Shown here: piece after piece, positions 13,362 through 25,497 of the stretch
How the letters are laid out: each line of letters starts with the position of its first letter
Numbering within the stretch: the stretch's first letter is position 1
NCBI RefSeq assembly: GCF_006345805.1
Contig: NC_043006.1
Span: 78,058,001 to 78,122,000, forward strand
Reading direction: 5' to 3'
DNA: 64,000 nucleotides
Origin: Octopus sinensis
Taxonomy: Eukaryota
Made by a program: the position numbers and the translations under genes
The notes under the pieces: generated by a model
Told to the model about the DNA's origin: nothing
Databases searched by the model: none
What the model saw: the letters and a program-made list of their open reading frames with translations, nothing else

Positions 13362-14378
13362 TAGCTAGCAGATGGGAATAGAAACCTCTCCATGGCAAGT
13401 ATGTGGCCCGTAGCAAACAAGCTGATGTCGACCAGAAACACACGCACCAATGGTTACGAAATTCAGGGCTAAAAGCAGAGAGTGAAGGTTTCATATTAGC
13501 TGCTCAAGACCAATGCTTATTTACCCGGAACTACCAAGCCAATGTGATGAAAAATGGAGCTGACCCAAAATGCCCAATTCTGTAACGATGAGATTGAAAC
13601 AATAGACCACCTAATCTCAGGGTGTAGAGTCTTAGCACCTGCAGAATATAAAGCAAGACATGACAGAGTCGGCCAGTATTTACACTGGACAATAAGTCGG
13701 CATTATAAAATCAAAACCGCTGACAAATGGTATAAACATCATCCTGAAGCTGTGACTGAGGGAGAAAATGTGTCGATTCTATGGGACTTCCCCGTGCAGA
13801 CCGACAGGACTATAAAAGCCAATAAACCGGATATCATTATAAAAGATCAGACAAAAAGGATGTGTTTATTAATTGACATGAGTATTCCCTGTGATCACAA
13901 TATAGCGGCGAAAGAATTTGACAAGATTAGTAAATATAAAGACCTGCTAATGGAAATTGAAAAAGTGTGGCATCTCAAGGCGACTACAGTGCCAGTGATT
14001 GTAGGATCTCTAGGAATGATAAAAAAAAGGTACTGAAACCTATTTGAAAATGATTCCAGGTTTACCCTCCCTACAGGAAGTGCAAAAATCGTATTAACTG
14101 GAACGGCTCATGTACTGAGAAGAGCACTATCGCTGTGAAAATAACATCCATCCATGAATTTATTTATTTATTAATTTTTAAATACATATTTTATCTATGA
14201 ATTTGCGCATTAATCTGGGAATGCATACAATGCCCTTCTCTGCCCTAGGTGTATGGAAAACACTCGGCGAGAAACGGAAGAAAATTTGAAGAAAAAGGAA
14301 AAAAACATAATAATAATATAAAATAACAATAATAATAATAATAATAATAATAAAATAATAATAATAATAATAATAATA
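13362..14378 (+). mobile_element. 5'-truncated R4/Dong-clade non-LTR retrotransposon (CCHC zinc knuckle + restriction-like endonuclease)
   Basis: KPLHGKY...WLRNSGLKAESEGFILAAQDQ; C..C...ETIDHLISGC; RHDRV; NKPDIII...LIDMSIP...EFDKISKYKDL (PD..D.K); TGTAHVLRRALSL* ends 14138; two frameshifts; (TAA)n on both sides. Confidence 0.92.
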
Positions 14379-14555
14379 TCGAAAAATACCTTAGGAATGA
14401 GAACCCAGGTTTGAAATTTCCCAAAGACACCTGATGAATGCTGGAGGGTATATCAGTCGAAACGTTATGTTAACAACAAACAAGAAGAGGACAAATATCC
14501 GTCGAATGTAAATAATGTACATAATTCCTCATCTCTTAAATATAGAACTGTATTA
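14379..14555 (+). mobile_element. Penelope-like terminal repeat fragment with decayed minimal hammerhead (14426-14471)
   Basis: GACAC-CTGATGA-A-TGCTG..CAGTC-GAA-ACGT-T-ATGTT; downstream part also present inverted at 12620-12680 and 14600-14660 region ORF similarity. Confidence 0.6.
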
Positions 14556-15377
14556 AAATATCTATTAAGAAGAGCATTCGATTTTGTGATACGCTTCGTA
14601 TAATAATTGCTGGTGTAAACAACCATCCGCTGTGTTAATAGTTCTGGTTTCAATTCCTTCTCTGAAGTTGGTTTTATTACTGATTTCTTTGTTTATTTAT
14701 TGTTGTTTTTTGTTGTTTTGTTTTAGTTTTTGTTTTTTATTTTGTTTATGACCATTAATTTCGAGTTCCCATTGTAATTTATACCATTCCAGCTTTTAAT
14801 TAACCTTTTTTTTTTTGTCTTTTGTCTCTGTAAACACCTCTACAGCACTATTATTCATTCACCTTTTCATTAATTATCTCAACATTTATAGAGAAACTTT
14901 CATCAGAAAGCCTCAAGGGAATAACTTTGCTCTATTACTACAAATTCTTACAAATGAAAATTAGTAATATTTTGAAGATAAATGAAGCTAAAAATATATA
15001 TCTAAAAAGGACTCTCTAAGCTTAGGGATATAATTTACTGTTTCAACAGTACGCTTCCTAGCAGCTGGATATATTTTGTGAGTAATCCCAATGGCAGACT
15101 ATAGACAGCTGCTTGATACCGCAAAGAAGAAAAAGAAACAAACAAAATGTGACCGACATATATTTCTACTATTTAGTACAGAAGATGTTCTGTTTAATGA
15201 GTTTATGAAAAGTACTTTGCACAAAAAGCATTTAGTGAAAGAAGGCTCAGGCTTGGCTCTAGGTGCAGTCATGACACAGTCTTTAAGAAATTCGCTTCGT
15301 AGAGAGATATTTACGGGTTCAGCGACAATTCGCAATATATCTAAGTCGACCAATGCTTTGTGAGTAACTATAAAATA

Positions 15378-15822
15378 CGGAAGTGATGTGGCTGTGTGGT
15401 AAGTAGCTTGTTTACGAACCACTTGGTTCCGGGTTCAGTCCCACTGCGTGGCACCTTGGGCAAGTGTCTTCTACTATAGCCTCGGGCCGACCAAACCCTT
15501 GTGAGTAGATTTGGTAGACGGGAACTGAAAAGAGCCCTCGTTGTATATATGTGATATATATATATATATATATCTATATATATATATATATATATGCATG
15601 TGTGTGTTTGTGTGTCTGTGTTTGTCCCTAGCATTGCTTGGCAACCGATGCTCGTGTGTTTATGTCCCCGTACTTAGCGATTCGGCAAAAGAGACCGATA
15701 GAATAAGTACTGGACTTACAAAAGAATAAGTCCCGGGGTCGAGTTGCTCGATTAAAGGCGGTGCTCCAGCATGGCCGCAGTCAAATGACTGAAACAAGTA
15801 AAAGAGTAAAAGAGTAAAAGAG
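15378..15822 (+). mobile_element. SINE family A
   Basis: Full length, tail (AAAAGAGT)x3. Confidence 0.92.
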
Positions 15823-16295
15823 ATATATATACTTCTACATAGATTTGAATCGATGAGTGAGTCTCTTCATAGTTGCTCGACGTTCTCGAAGTAGCGATCA
15901 CATCACCCAGAACTTATACTTTAAGCTCAGTAAAACTAAAAGGGCGGCTTTGTATAATGTAGACCAACGTATACAATAAATAAACATACAGACAGTCCCG
16001 TAACTATTTGACTTCTTGCTGTAACCTCACATCATACTTATCTAAATACTATTCATAATGGTATTGGATGAAAGGTTTTAACTTCGACCGAACAGATTGG
16101 CATCTGTCTTTTGACAGCTGAACAGACCGGGTTTACAACTACCTTTCAACGTATTGACATAGATATGCGCAAGGTTACTTATTGAAACTATACAAAATTT
16201 AATTGCAAGTCATTTGCATAATATTATATGTGGACTGATTGCGTATATAGTTGCATTTGCATACGTCTATGTATGTATATACATGTATATAGATT

Positions 16296-16345
<50 letters not shown>

Positions 16346-17203
16346 AAGAGATAGAGACAGAGAGAGAAAGCGAGAAAGGGAGAAAGAGGGAGAAAAAGTG
16401 TGAGAGAGGTAGATAGATAGATAGATACATGCATGCATACATACATACATACATACATACATACATACATACATACATACATACATACATACATACATAC
16501 ATACATACCAGGGACGTGTCACCTGGTTAGGCAAAGTAAGCAGTGTCTACTCTGAATAAAATAGATCGATAGTAACATTTTCCTTTTATAGCAAAATATG
16601 CACGTAATTCAAAAAAAATTATAAAGGTTAATCTGATTATTATACATAATATGCAAAATATGTTGGGATTTTTTTGTAGATTAAGTAGGCATAATTCGCC
16701 CCTGCTTTTCAACCTCAGTATTAAAACTACACATAATACTGCTGTAGTACACGTGCTGCGTACATTCCTACAACAATGCTTCCTTTATGCGCTATAAAGG
16801 CAGAAGTAAATCTGCCTCCAACTCAGTCGCACGCCTACGTTTCGCTTAATTTTTTTTTTTGTGCGTATTATATAGATATATATACATACTTGGCGGTTGG
16901 AGTTCTGGCTGCTGTCTTTTGGTTCCGAATGCCTGTTAGGCCATTCCTAATTGTTATATTTATTAATATTTAGTCTTTGACTATTTCTCTTTTCACCAGG
17001 CCGCTGGTAGCGATAAATTTTTACTGAATTTTTGCTACCCTAAATTGATTAATGATAATTTTCTGACTAATCTGAGATTGAATCGGCAGTTTATATTGCT
17101 GCCGATAAGATTTGGCGCGAATGCGTTGGTCTTGAAAATTTTAAGACAGATATTCCCGAGGCATTGATGACAGTCGCCTCGTGTATATCCGTCTCTCCCA
17201 GGT

Positions 17204-17303
17204 TTCTTTACTGATGAAGTGTGACCTATGGTAGACTAGCTTAATTAATTTAATTAAGATGGTCTATCATTAAAGACACTGAAACGATGCATCGTATAAA
17301 GGA
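17204..17303 (+). ncRNA. type I hammerhead ribozyme (copy 1), predicted cleavage after 17296 (GUA)
   Basis: Stem I TTCTTTA/TAAAGGA (7 bp); core CTGATGA 17211-17; stem II AGTGT/ACACT plus ~20-bp extension; GAA 17281-83; stem III palindrome ACGATGCATCGT; H17=A. Confidence 0.85.
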
Positions 17304-17664
17304 TGAATTAGGGGTAAATGTTTTTAAATTTTCACTTATTTCCGAATACACTACTTGGCGGTTGGAGTTCTGGCATGCTCTTTCTGGTGACGAATGGCCT
17401 GTTTAGGCCATTCCAAATTGCATATTTATATATTAGTCTTGACTATTTTTCTCTTTTCCACCAGGCCGTGGTAGCGATAAATTTTACTGAATTTTTTGCT
17501 ACCCTAAATTGATTAATTGTAATTTTCTGACTAATTCTGAGATTGAATCGGCAGTTATATTTGCTGCCGATAAGTTTGGCGCGAATGCGTTGTCTGAAAA
17601 TTTTAAGACAGATATTCCCGAGGCATTGATACAGTCGCCTCGTGTATATCCGTCTCTCCCAGGT

Positions 17665-17764
17665 TTCTTTACTGATGAAGTGTGACCTATGGTAGACTAG
17701 CTTAATTTAATTAATTAAGCTGGTCTATCATTAAAGACACTGAAACGATGCATCGTATAAAAGA
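17665..17764 (+). ncRNA. type I hammerhead ribozyme (copy 2), predicted cleavage after 17757
   Basis: Same architecture; core CTGATGA 17672-78, GAA 17742-44; stem I has one extra A. Confidence 0.83.
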
Positions 17765-17910
17765 TGAATTAGGTAGTAAATGTTTTTAAATTTTCACCTT
17801 ATTTCCGAATTACACTCTGGCGGTTGGAGTTCTGGCTGCTCTTTTCTGGTGGACGAATGGCCTGTTTAGGCCATCCTAAATTGTTATATATATATATATA
17901 TATATATATA

Positions 17911-19184
17911 CAGGTCATCCCATAAGTTCTGTCCGGATTTTGAATAAAGAAAACAAGTGATCAAATGTTATAATTTATTGAAATTTAATCATCAATGTAC
18001 TTTCCCTGATTATCTATGACTTCCTTCCTTCTATTTACAAGCTTTTTAATCCCATCAATGTAAAACTCTTGGTTTCAAAGCGAAGGACTCTGAAATGTCA
18101 GTTTCAACCACCTCCTGGCTTGCGAAAGTTATGTTCTCCAAATGATTCTGTAAACTACGAAAGAAATGGTAGTCTGAAGGAGCAAGGTCGGGAAAATAAG
18201 GTGGATGAGGAATTTTTTCCCAACCAAGCTTTTCGATCTTCTGTTATGTCATCTTTGCAGTGTGGAGTCGCGTATTGTCCTGATGAAACATCACTCCATT
18301 TCGATTCACTAAAGAGGGTCTTTTTTTCTTCAAAGCTTGGTTCAAACGCTCTAATTGCTGACAGTAGACTTGAGCATTGATTGTGGCATTAGGTGGTAAC
18401 AATTCAAAGGGAATTACTCATTTGCAATCCCACCAGGTAGAAAGAAGAAACTTTTCCCCATGAAGTTCTTGGTTGTGGTTGAGTTTTCCATTTTACCAAG
18501 CCACTGTTTACGACGTTTAACATTTCGATAGAAGATCCATTTTTCGTCACTAGTCACAAGTCTATCCAAAAAGGGTGAAATGAATTCGCGAGATTGGAGA
18601 GAAGAGCAGATGTCAACTCGGGATTTGCGGTTGCTTTCGGACAATTCACGAGGCACCCATTTTCCAAGTTTAGGAACCTTTCCAAGTTATTGAAGATGAC
18701 GATGAAAAGTTGTATAGTTTGAAATACGCTTTATTGCTAATTCTTCAACAGATAACGCAGAATTTTCTACAAGTAATGTCTCAAGGAGCTACTCATCAAA
18801 CTCAATTGGACGTCCTGTTCGATCTTCATCTTCAAGGCTGAAATCTCCACTTCTGAATTTTACAAACCATCTGCAAGTTCTTTCATTCAAGCATTCTTAC
18901 CCATAAACTGAGTGTATGTTTCGAGTCGCTTCGGCTGTAGAGTTTCCTTTTTGTACTCATAAAGCATTATGTGCCTTAAATGTTCTTTGGATACTTCCAT
19001 GTTAGAAAGGGTTTTAATCAAAGAAATTTTAATTCTATCATTCTGTAAAATAATATTTAATTAGTTTAAATGTACACAAATGCATGAAAATAATTTTTAA
19101 TTCCATTAGACATTCTAATATTCTATTATATTTCATTCAGTTTTAAAAAAAGGTTAAATCGGAAAGAACTTATGGGACAAGCTG
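17911..19184 (-). mobile_element. near full-length mariner (DD34D), defective
   Basis: ~30-bp TIRs CAGGTCATCCCATAAGTTCTGTCCG / CGGAAAGAACTTATGGGACAAGCTG in TA context; 1.27 kb. Confidence 0.92.
17985..19000 (-). pseudogene. mariner transposase pseudogene
   Basis: MEVSKEHLRHIMLYEY..., WVPREL-like, LVTSDEKWIFY, HQDNTRLH, YFPDLAPSDYHFFR; stops and frameshifts. Confidence 0.92.
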
Positions 19185-19279
19185 TTATATATATATATAT
19201 ATATATATATATACTATATATATATATATATTGGAGAGAGAGAGAGAAATGTTGACAGATAGAAAAAGAATGAAAGAAA

Positions 19280-19305
19280 GAGAAAGAAGATAGATTGATA
19301 GATAG

Positions 19306-19336
<31 letters not shown>

Positions 19337-19361
19337 GATAGACAGATAGATAGGTAGAAAT

Positions 19362-19414
<53 letters not shown>

Positions 19415-19425
19415 CAGGTAGAAAT

Positions 19426-19480
<55 letters not shown>

Positions 19481-19590
19481 TATTGGTGTACAATAGATGT
19501 GTTTCAGTGATTCATAGTGTGGTGGCTACAAATATCACAAAACACTGTCTTTTACATCCCAGACCCATGGATTACCTGCCGCATGAAACC

Positions 19591-19649
<59 letters not shown>

Positions 19650-19663
19650 CCTACCGATCTATC

Positions 19664-19707
<44 letters not shown>

Positions 19708-19990
19708 CACACACACACACACACACACATATATCTATATATATGATACATGCACACACACACGCACACACACACACACACGTTAGAAAACTTGGAAATT
19801 TACTGTCTCTCTGAAGTTGGACTTTATCCGAAATGCTGGATTTCCCTATCTCTATCTACCTACCTACTTACCTATCTACCTACTAACCAACCAACCTACC
19901 TACCTACCAACCTACATACACACATACATACATACATACATACATACATACATACATACATACATACATACATACATACATACCTCTCTA
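19280..19990. repeat. (GATA)n, (TATC)n and (CATA)n microsatellite cluster
   Basis: Directly visible. Confidence 0.9.
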
Positions 19991-20262
19991 TCTTATTTCC
20001 GTCCAAAGAAAAGAATTTGCTTGATTCCTATCAGAATCTGGACATGTTACATTAAACTATGAAGAGACTACATTGCATCACCGCACCCTGTTCAATAAAT
20101 CTCTGTATATCCGGGTAAACCAGTACTTTAAAAATGATTACAAGTTAAATTACAGCAAGCAGGTCTACATTTACATATGTCTTGCAGACAACATTTGAAA
20201 GCTTCACACACACACACACATACATATGTATAATTACATACATATATATATATATATATATA

Positions 20263-20299
<37 letters not shown>

Positions 20300-20351
20300 A
20301 TACCCACACATATACCACAGTAAGAGAATAGAAGTATATATGTATGTATAT

Positions 20352-20404
<53 letters not shown>

Positions 20405-20407
<3 letters not shown>

Positions 20408-20590
20408 CTTTTATTCTCTTACTTGTTTCAGTCACTTGACTGCAGCCATGCTGGAGCACCACCTTTAGTCAAAGAAATCATTTTAAGCCTAGTACTTATT
20501 CTGGTCAGTCTCTTTTGCCGAACTCTAAGTTTCGGGGGCATAAACACTCCAACATCGGTTGTCAAGCGATGGTGGGAGGTCAAACACAGG
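20405..20590 (-). mobile_element. SINE family A, 3' half
   Basis: Tail match. Confidence 0.8.
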
Positions 20591-20884
20591 CACTCGCCCT
20601 CTTTATTTCTGTATTCCTTTCTATCAAAGAGCGTAGGCTCGAAACGTAAAATACCTTCTCACTTCCCGAGCGTTAAACTAATACGTCTGTTTGTTTACAC
20701 ACCCGTTTTAGTCTTTTGTCTTTTGTAAATTCTCACTATATATATATATATATATAATGTATGTATGTATGTATGTATGTATGTATGTATGTATGTATGT
20801 ATGTATGTATGTATGTATGTATGTATGCATGTATGTATGTGTGTATGTATGTGTGCATCTATATATATATATATATACTTTTTT

Positions 20885-21088
20885 TTTTACTTTTTACTTG
20901 TTTCAGTCATTTGACTGCGGCCATGCTGGAGCACCGCCTTTAGTCGAGCAAATCGACCCCGGGACTTATTCTTTGTAAGCCCAGTACTTATTATATCGGT
21001 CTCTTTTTGCCGAACCGCTAAGTGACGGGGACGTAAACACACCAGCATCGGTTGTCAAGCGATGCTAGTGGGACAAACACAGACACAA

Positions 21089-21145
<57 letters not shown>

Positions 21146-21318
21146 TATATACATAAATACGACAGCTTCTTTCAGTTTCCGTCTACCAAATCCAATCACA
21201 AGGCTTTGGTCGGCCCGAGGCTATAGTAGAAGACATTTGGCCAAGATGCCACGCAGTGGGACTGAATCCGGAACCATGTAGTTCATAAGCAAGCTACTTA
21301 CCACACAGCCACTCCTAC
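20885..21318 (-). mobile_element. SINE family A
   Basis: Full-length match. Confidence 0.92.
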
Positions 21319-21334
21319 ATATATATATATATAA

Positions 21335-22680
21335 TCTTTTTGCTTCATCTCTTTCTGGAGTCAGCCAAAGCTGGGGCCATGCTGGAGAAACGTTATTCAG
21401 TGTTTTGGAGTCTCCTTGTTTCCTTTCTGTACAGTTTTGATAGAAAAAGGTGTTTGTTTTGTTGTACCTCCTGCCCTGATGTGATTCTTCTGGGATTTCA
21501 GATAGAAATTTATCCAGATGCTTTTTGAAGGTCTCCAATCTACACCTCACAAAACTGTGGGGTTGTTATTAAACACTTGTAGTGGCCAGATACCCAAGCT
21601 TTTTAGTATTGTGTCATTGTTCGAGATGTAGAAGACGGGATCTTTAGTTTTAGGCTGCACCTACCTGTTTGGTTGTTGTTATAGTTTTTAATTTCAAAAC
21701 TGGTATCCAAATCTTCCCGGATCTTTGAAACGTATATCACTGCATATCTTCCTCGCCTTCTCTGTAGAGCTTCAGTTCTTTTAGCCTTTCCCAGTAACTC
21801 ATCTGTTTCCCTCAATCATTCTTCTTTGTATAATGACACTGGGTTGCCTCAAGTTCCGCCATCAGTTTGGAACTCTGCGGCGACCACAGTTAGGAGCAGT
21901 AATCCAAACAATAGAAATCAAAAATTCTCCACAGCAGTAGCAAGGTATCCTCATTTCTGGTTCTGAATGATATAACAATCCATCGAGCAGCAGCTTCCAC
22001 AAGGTTGCCATCTTAGTAATATGTACACGGAATGTTGCAGCATTATTTAAGTGGATTCCCAGGTCAGGCATTGATTCAAACTCTGGGAGTGCACTATCAA
22101 TTGGTCCAATGTATTCCGATTGTAGTCTGTTTGTGGGCTGCTAGTGGAGCACTTGAAACATATCAGAAATGAAATGCACATCTGAGAGAGCCACCAGAAA
22201 CAGTTGTGATCCCAGGACAGTTCCTTTAGGAACTCCGCTGCAGATTGATGTCCCCTGCAGAGAGAGCACACTTTGCTGCAACTGTCTGACTTCCCAAGGT
22301 CACGTATTTTGTAACATATCATCCTGTGAACAACTTTGTTAAAGGCCTTGGCAAAGTCGAGATGTATCGCATCCACATTTGAGTAGTTGAGCCACTGTTT
22401 CAGCACCCAGTGATATTGTAGTAGTTCTGCGAGACAGTCCCTTGTTTGTAAGCAAGCTATTCTTTTCTAGAAGTGTGTTCAGTCTCATTCTGACAATGCT
22501 TTGCATGACCTTGTAACATGTGGAGCCAGGAAGATTGGCCTGTGATTTTTAACATTTTTCTCTGTCTACGCCTTTAAGGATAGGGCTGACAATTTCCGAA
22601 GTTTTCCACATGCAAGGAAGCTATAAAAAAGTACCTGCAGTAGCCTTTCAAGAGCTTTCTAGCATGATTTTAGAACTGTC
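21335..22680 (-). mobile_element. CR1-group LINE ORF2 remnant (RT domain to 3' end)
   Basis: VDAIHLDFAKAFNKVVH; SGVPKGTVLGSQLFL; LGIHLNN; FKKHLDKFLSEIPEE; 3' tail CCAGCATGGCCCCAGCTTTGGCTG. Confidence 0.88.
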
Positions 22681-22791
22681 GGAAATATATATATATATAT
22701 AGACGTGTCATTATGAATCAGAAAAATGTATGTCAGGTGATGTGCGAGTGTGCATATATGTGTGTGTATGTGTGTGCAGGGCGGGGGTTAA

Positions 22792-22928
22792 GGCGTGGCT
22801 GTGTGGTATACAACACGCTTTCTAATCACGTTTCCGAGTTCAATTGCACTGCGCGGTACCTTGGACAAATGTTTTCTACTATAGCCTCGTGAGTGGATTT
22901 GGTAGACGGAGAACGGGAGGAGCCTGCC

Positions 22929-22930
<2 letters not shown>
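22792..22930 (+). mobile_element. SINE family A head fragment
   Basis: GGCGTGGCTGTGTGG...GTGAGTGGATTTGGTAGACGG. Confidence 0.7.
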
Positions 22931-22978
<48 letters not shown>

Positions 22979-24459
22979 TATAATGGTTATTGACAATTTT
23001 GTCTTTTTTTCGGCATATTTGGCATTAGAATTTTACTTTTGCCCTTATTTTATAAGTTATTTATAAATTTAACCTTTAAAGGTATTTTTTGATATGCTGG
23101 CCATTGATAAATTTTTTTTTCAAAAAAAATTTTATCCTACATTAGTTATATATATATATATACATACATAAACAGGTGCTATATGTGTCAGACTACAGTA
23201 TGTCAGCTGACGCCAAACCTCTGCGATTTTACATGGCCTCGACACTGATTAGTGAAAGACTCTGTCCGCGCAGTAGTGAGTGTCAAATGTCATAGCGTCA
23301 ACAGATCAAAATATTAAATATTTTCCCTAATCTGTTTAAATGAATACAAGGACTTCCTAACTACATCTGCATAATTGTGTATATAAATCATTTTGTTTTC
23401 AGTTTTAAATACAGACGGAACACGCAAGATAATTTTCCCTTAGGTTAAGAAGTCGGATTCATACACATGGTAAGAAAATAAAAATTACTATTCCTTCGCA
23501 AACACAAAAGACTTCATCAAGTGTTTGCGATATCTTTAAAATAATAACATTCAAAATCTGTCTGTCTGAATGTTACTGGGAATTTAGTGAAAAGTGCAGT
23601 ATGACAAAAATATATTCCAAGTGATTACAAGTCTTTTGCCTAAAATAATTCCGGTATATTTCTGGGCACTGCAGCCATGCTCATTTTCAACCATATTCAT
23701 ATGTAAACATTCTGTTGCTGATGCTGTGTTGTTGTTGTTGTTGTTGCTAAGCAACAAGACGGGTGAGGGTGATTAGGTAATGGTCTAGTGCTTAGGGGCA
23801 GGAGACCCCAGACCTTGGAAAAAAAAACTTTGGTCGTCTTGTAGTCGAAGGCTCTTCGTTGACGCCCGACACCACTGGAAGGTGACCCTCGAAATCACTG
23901 GAAATGGAGATCTCCAGGTCCAATTTCTTGAACGGCTTTTGCTGATGATGGGCATACATGCGCTGAGACTACATCTCCAGCGTTTCCTTGATGGTGAGCA
24001 ACTGTAGTTATTCTTTGTCCGTATCATCTTTCTGCATTCATCTCTCTGCCTGAGCTACAGTCTTGAGTGGTATCAGTGCTCACAGTCCTCTTTCCGTCGG
24101 GTTATGCGATCGGTGGTATTCTCAATCCGGTGTTTCTATAGATGTTTAGATACGGGTAAGAGCGATGGGCATCTCGGGGAGAATCTAGGGTCTTTCAGGA
24201 TCAACTGGCGGGTCTGTTCCGGAGGAATTCGAACGGAGTCCTCTAGAAAATTTTTAGAAATCTTTGGCCTGACAGTGCTACCAAAGATTTAAGAAGTATC
24301 CTTCTTCTGAGGAAGTATACATTGTTAGAATTGCTACTTTTGTACTGTTTATACGCACCTTCATCTGGCCCCACGATGTTTTATCCAATCCCATCGCCAA
24401 TGCTTTTGACAAAATTTAATGATTAATAAAGAAAAGATTATAATTATTACTTGTATTTT

Positions 24460-25090
24460 AATTATTGATTTGACTCATGCTCGTTCTTATTTCTGGTAAA
24501 CTTTATGTGGATAGTGGGTTACCACCTGTAAATTTAGGTATCCACAATCTTCCAATAGTCTTTCAAATACTTAAGGCCCTCCTGATAATCTTTCCTTTTT
24601 CTAAGAGGCAAACTTTCTGTTGAAAGTGTATTCTCTTCCAGTAAGCAAAGGTATAGAGACGTCAAAAAGAAACTATGGCACTACAACCAGCCAGGAACAG
24701 TCTTCGCTACATTTGCGGTACCTGCCAGAGGGAGTGTTTGTCCAGTATAGGACTACACAGCCACAGCAGGAACTGTATCAGGACATGAAATATAAAAGCC
24801 GGACTAGACTACTTTATGCGCAACTCCATTGTCTCCCGAGACAAAAAGGATGCCAACAAGCAAAGGTATAGACAATTAGTTGAAACTAATTGTCTATACC
24901 TTTGCTTATAGTTCCCAATGCACCAAATATTATAGGCACAATCTTTACAATGTTCATGTTCCGGAGTATTTAAGTGGTTCCAAGCAGTGCTGTTTTCTGC
25001 AAGTGCTCCACCCTTATTGCAGCCCCTATTTGCTTTGGCATCAGCAGCAATACTTAATGGAGAGCAGCTCATATCATTGACGGAGCTACA
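24460..25090. mobile_element. scrambled R4/Dong-like endonuclease fragments in both orientations
   Basis: Minus: QKVCLLEKGKIIRRALSI*, IVPIIFGALGTISKG, EHLQKTALLGTT*ILR; plus: HEI*KPD-like. Confidence 0.6.
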
Positions 25091-25139
25091 GTCCTGGACC
25101 AGGCGTAGATCGAGACAGGTCACTTCGAATATAGAGTGT

Positions 25140-25450
25140 TCTGGGGGTAGATGTTGCCTTTCTCCCTTCTGGAGGTTAATAAACTAAGTACCAGTGATAC
25201 ACTAGGGTCGATGTTGGTCTTGTGCGTATAATAGAAAGGATTATTATTATTATTATTATTATTACTATTATTGCTCTTTGTGTTGTTGTTGTTGATGGTG
25301 GTGGTGGTGGTGGTGCTGGTGCTGGTGGTGGTGCTGGTGGTGCTGGTGTGGTGCTGCTGGTGGTGCTGGTGCTGGTGGTGCTGGTGCTGGTGCTGGTGCT
25401 GGTGCTGGTGGTGTTGTTGGTGTTGTTATTATTATTATTATTATTATTAT

Positions 25451-25497
<47 letters not shown>

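Larger units (their letters stand above)
16886..17886 (+). repeat. ~461-bp tandem repeat (about 2.2 units), each full unit carrying a type I hammerhead; retrozyme-like
   Basis: Unit starts near 16887, 17352, 17813; flanked by TA repeats. Confidence 0.85.

Noticed and set aside
23785-24300. Possible GIY-YIG or other retroelement coding fragment (KET...SQRMYAHH)
   Set aside because: Single weak motif with stops; cannot be assigned without a search
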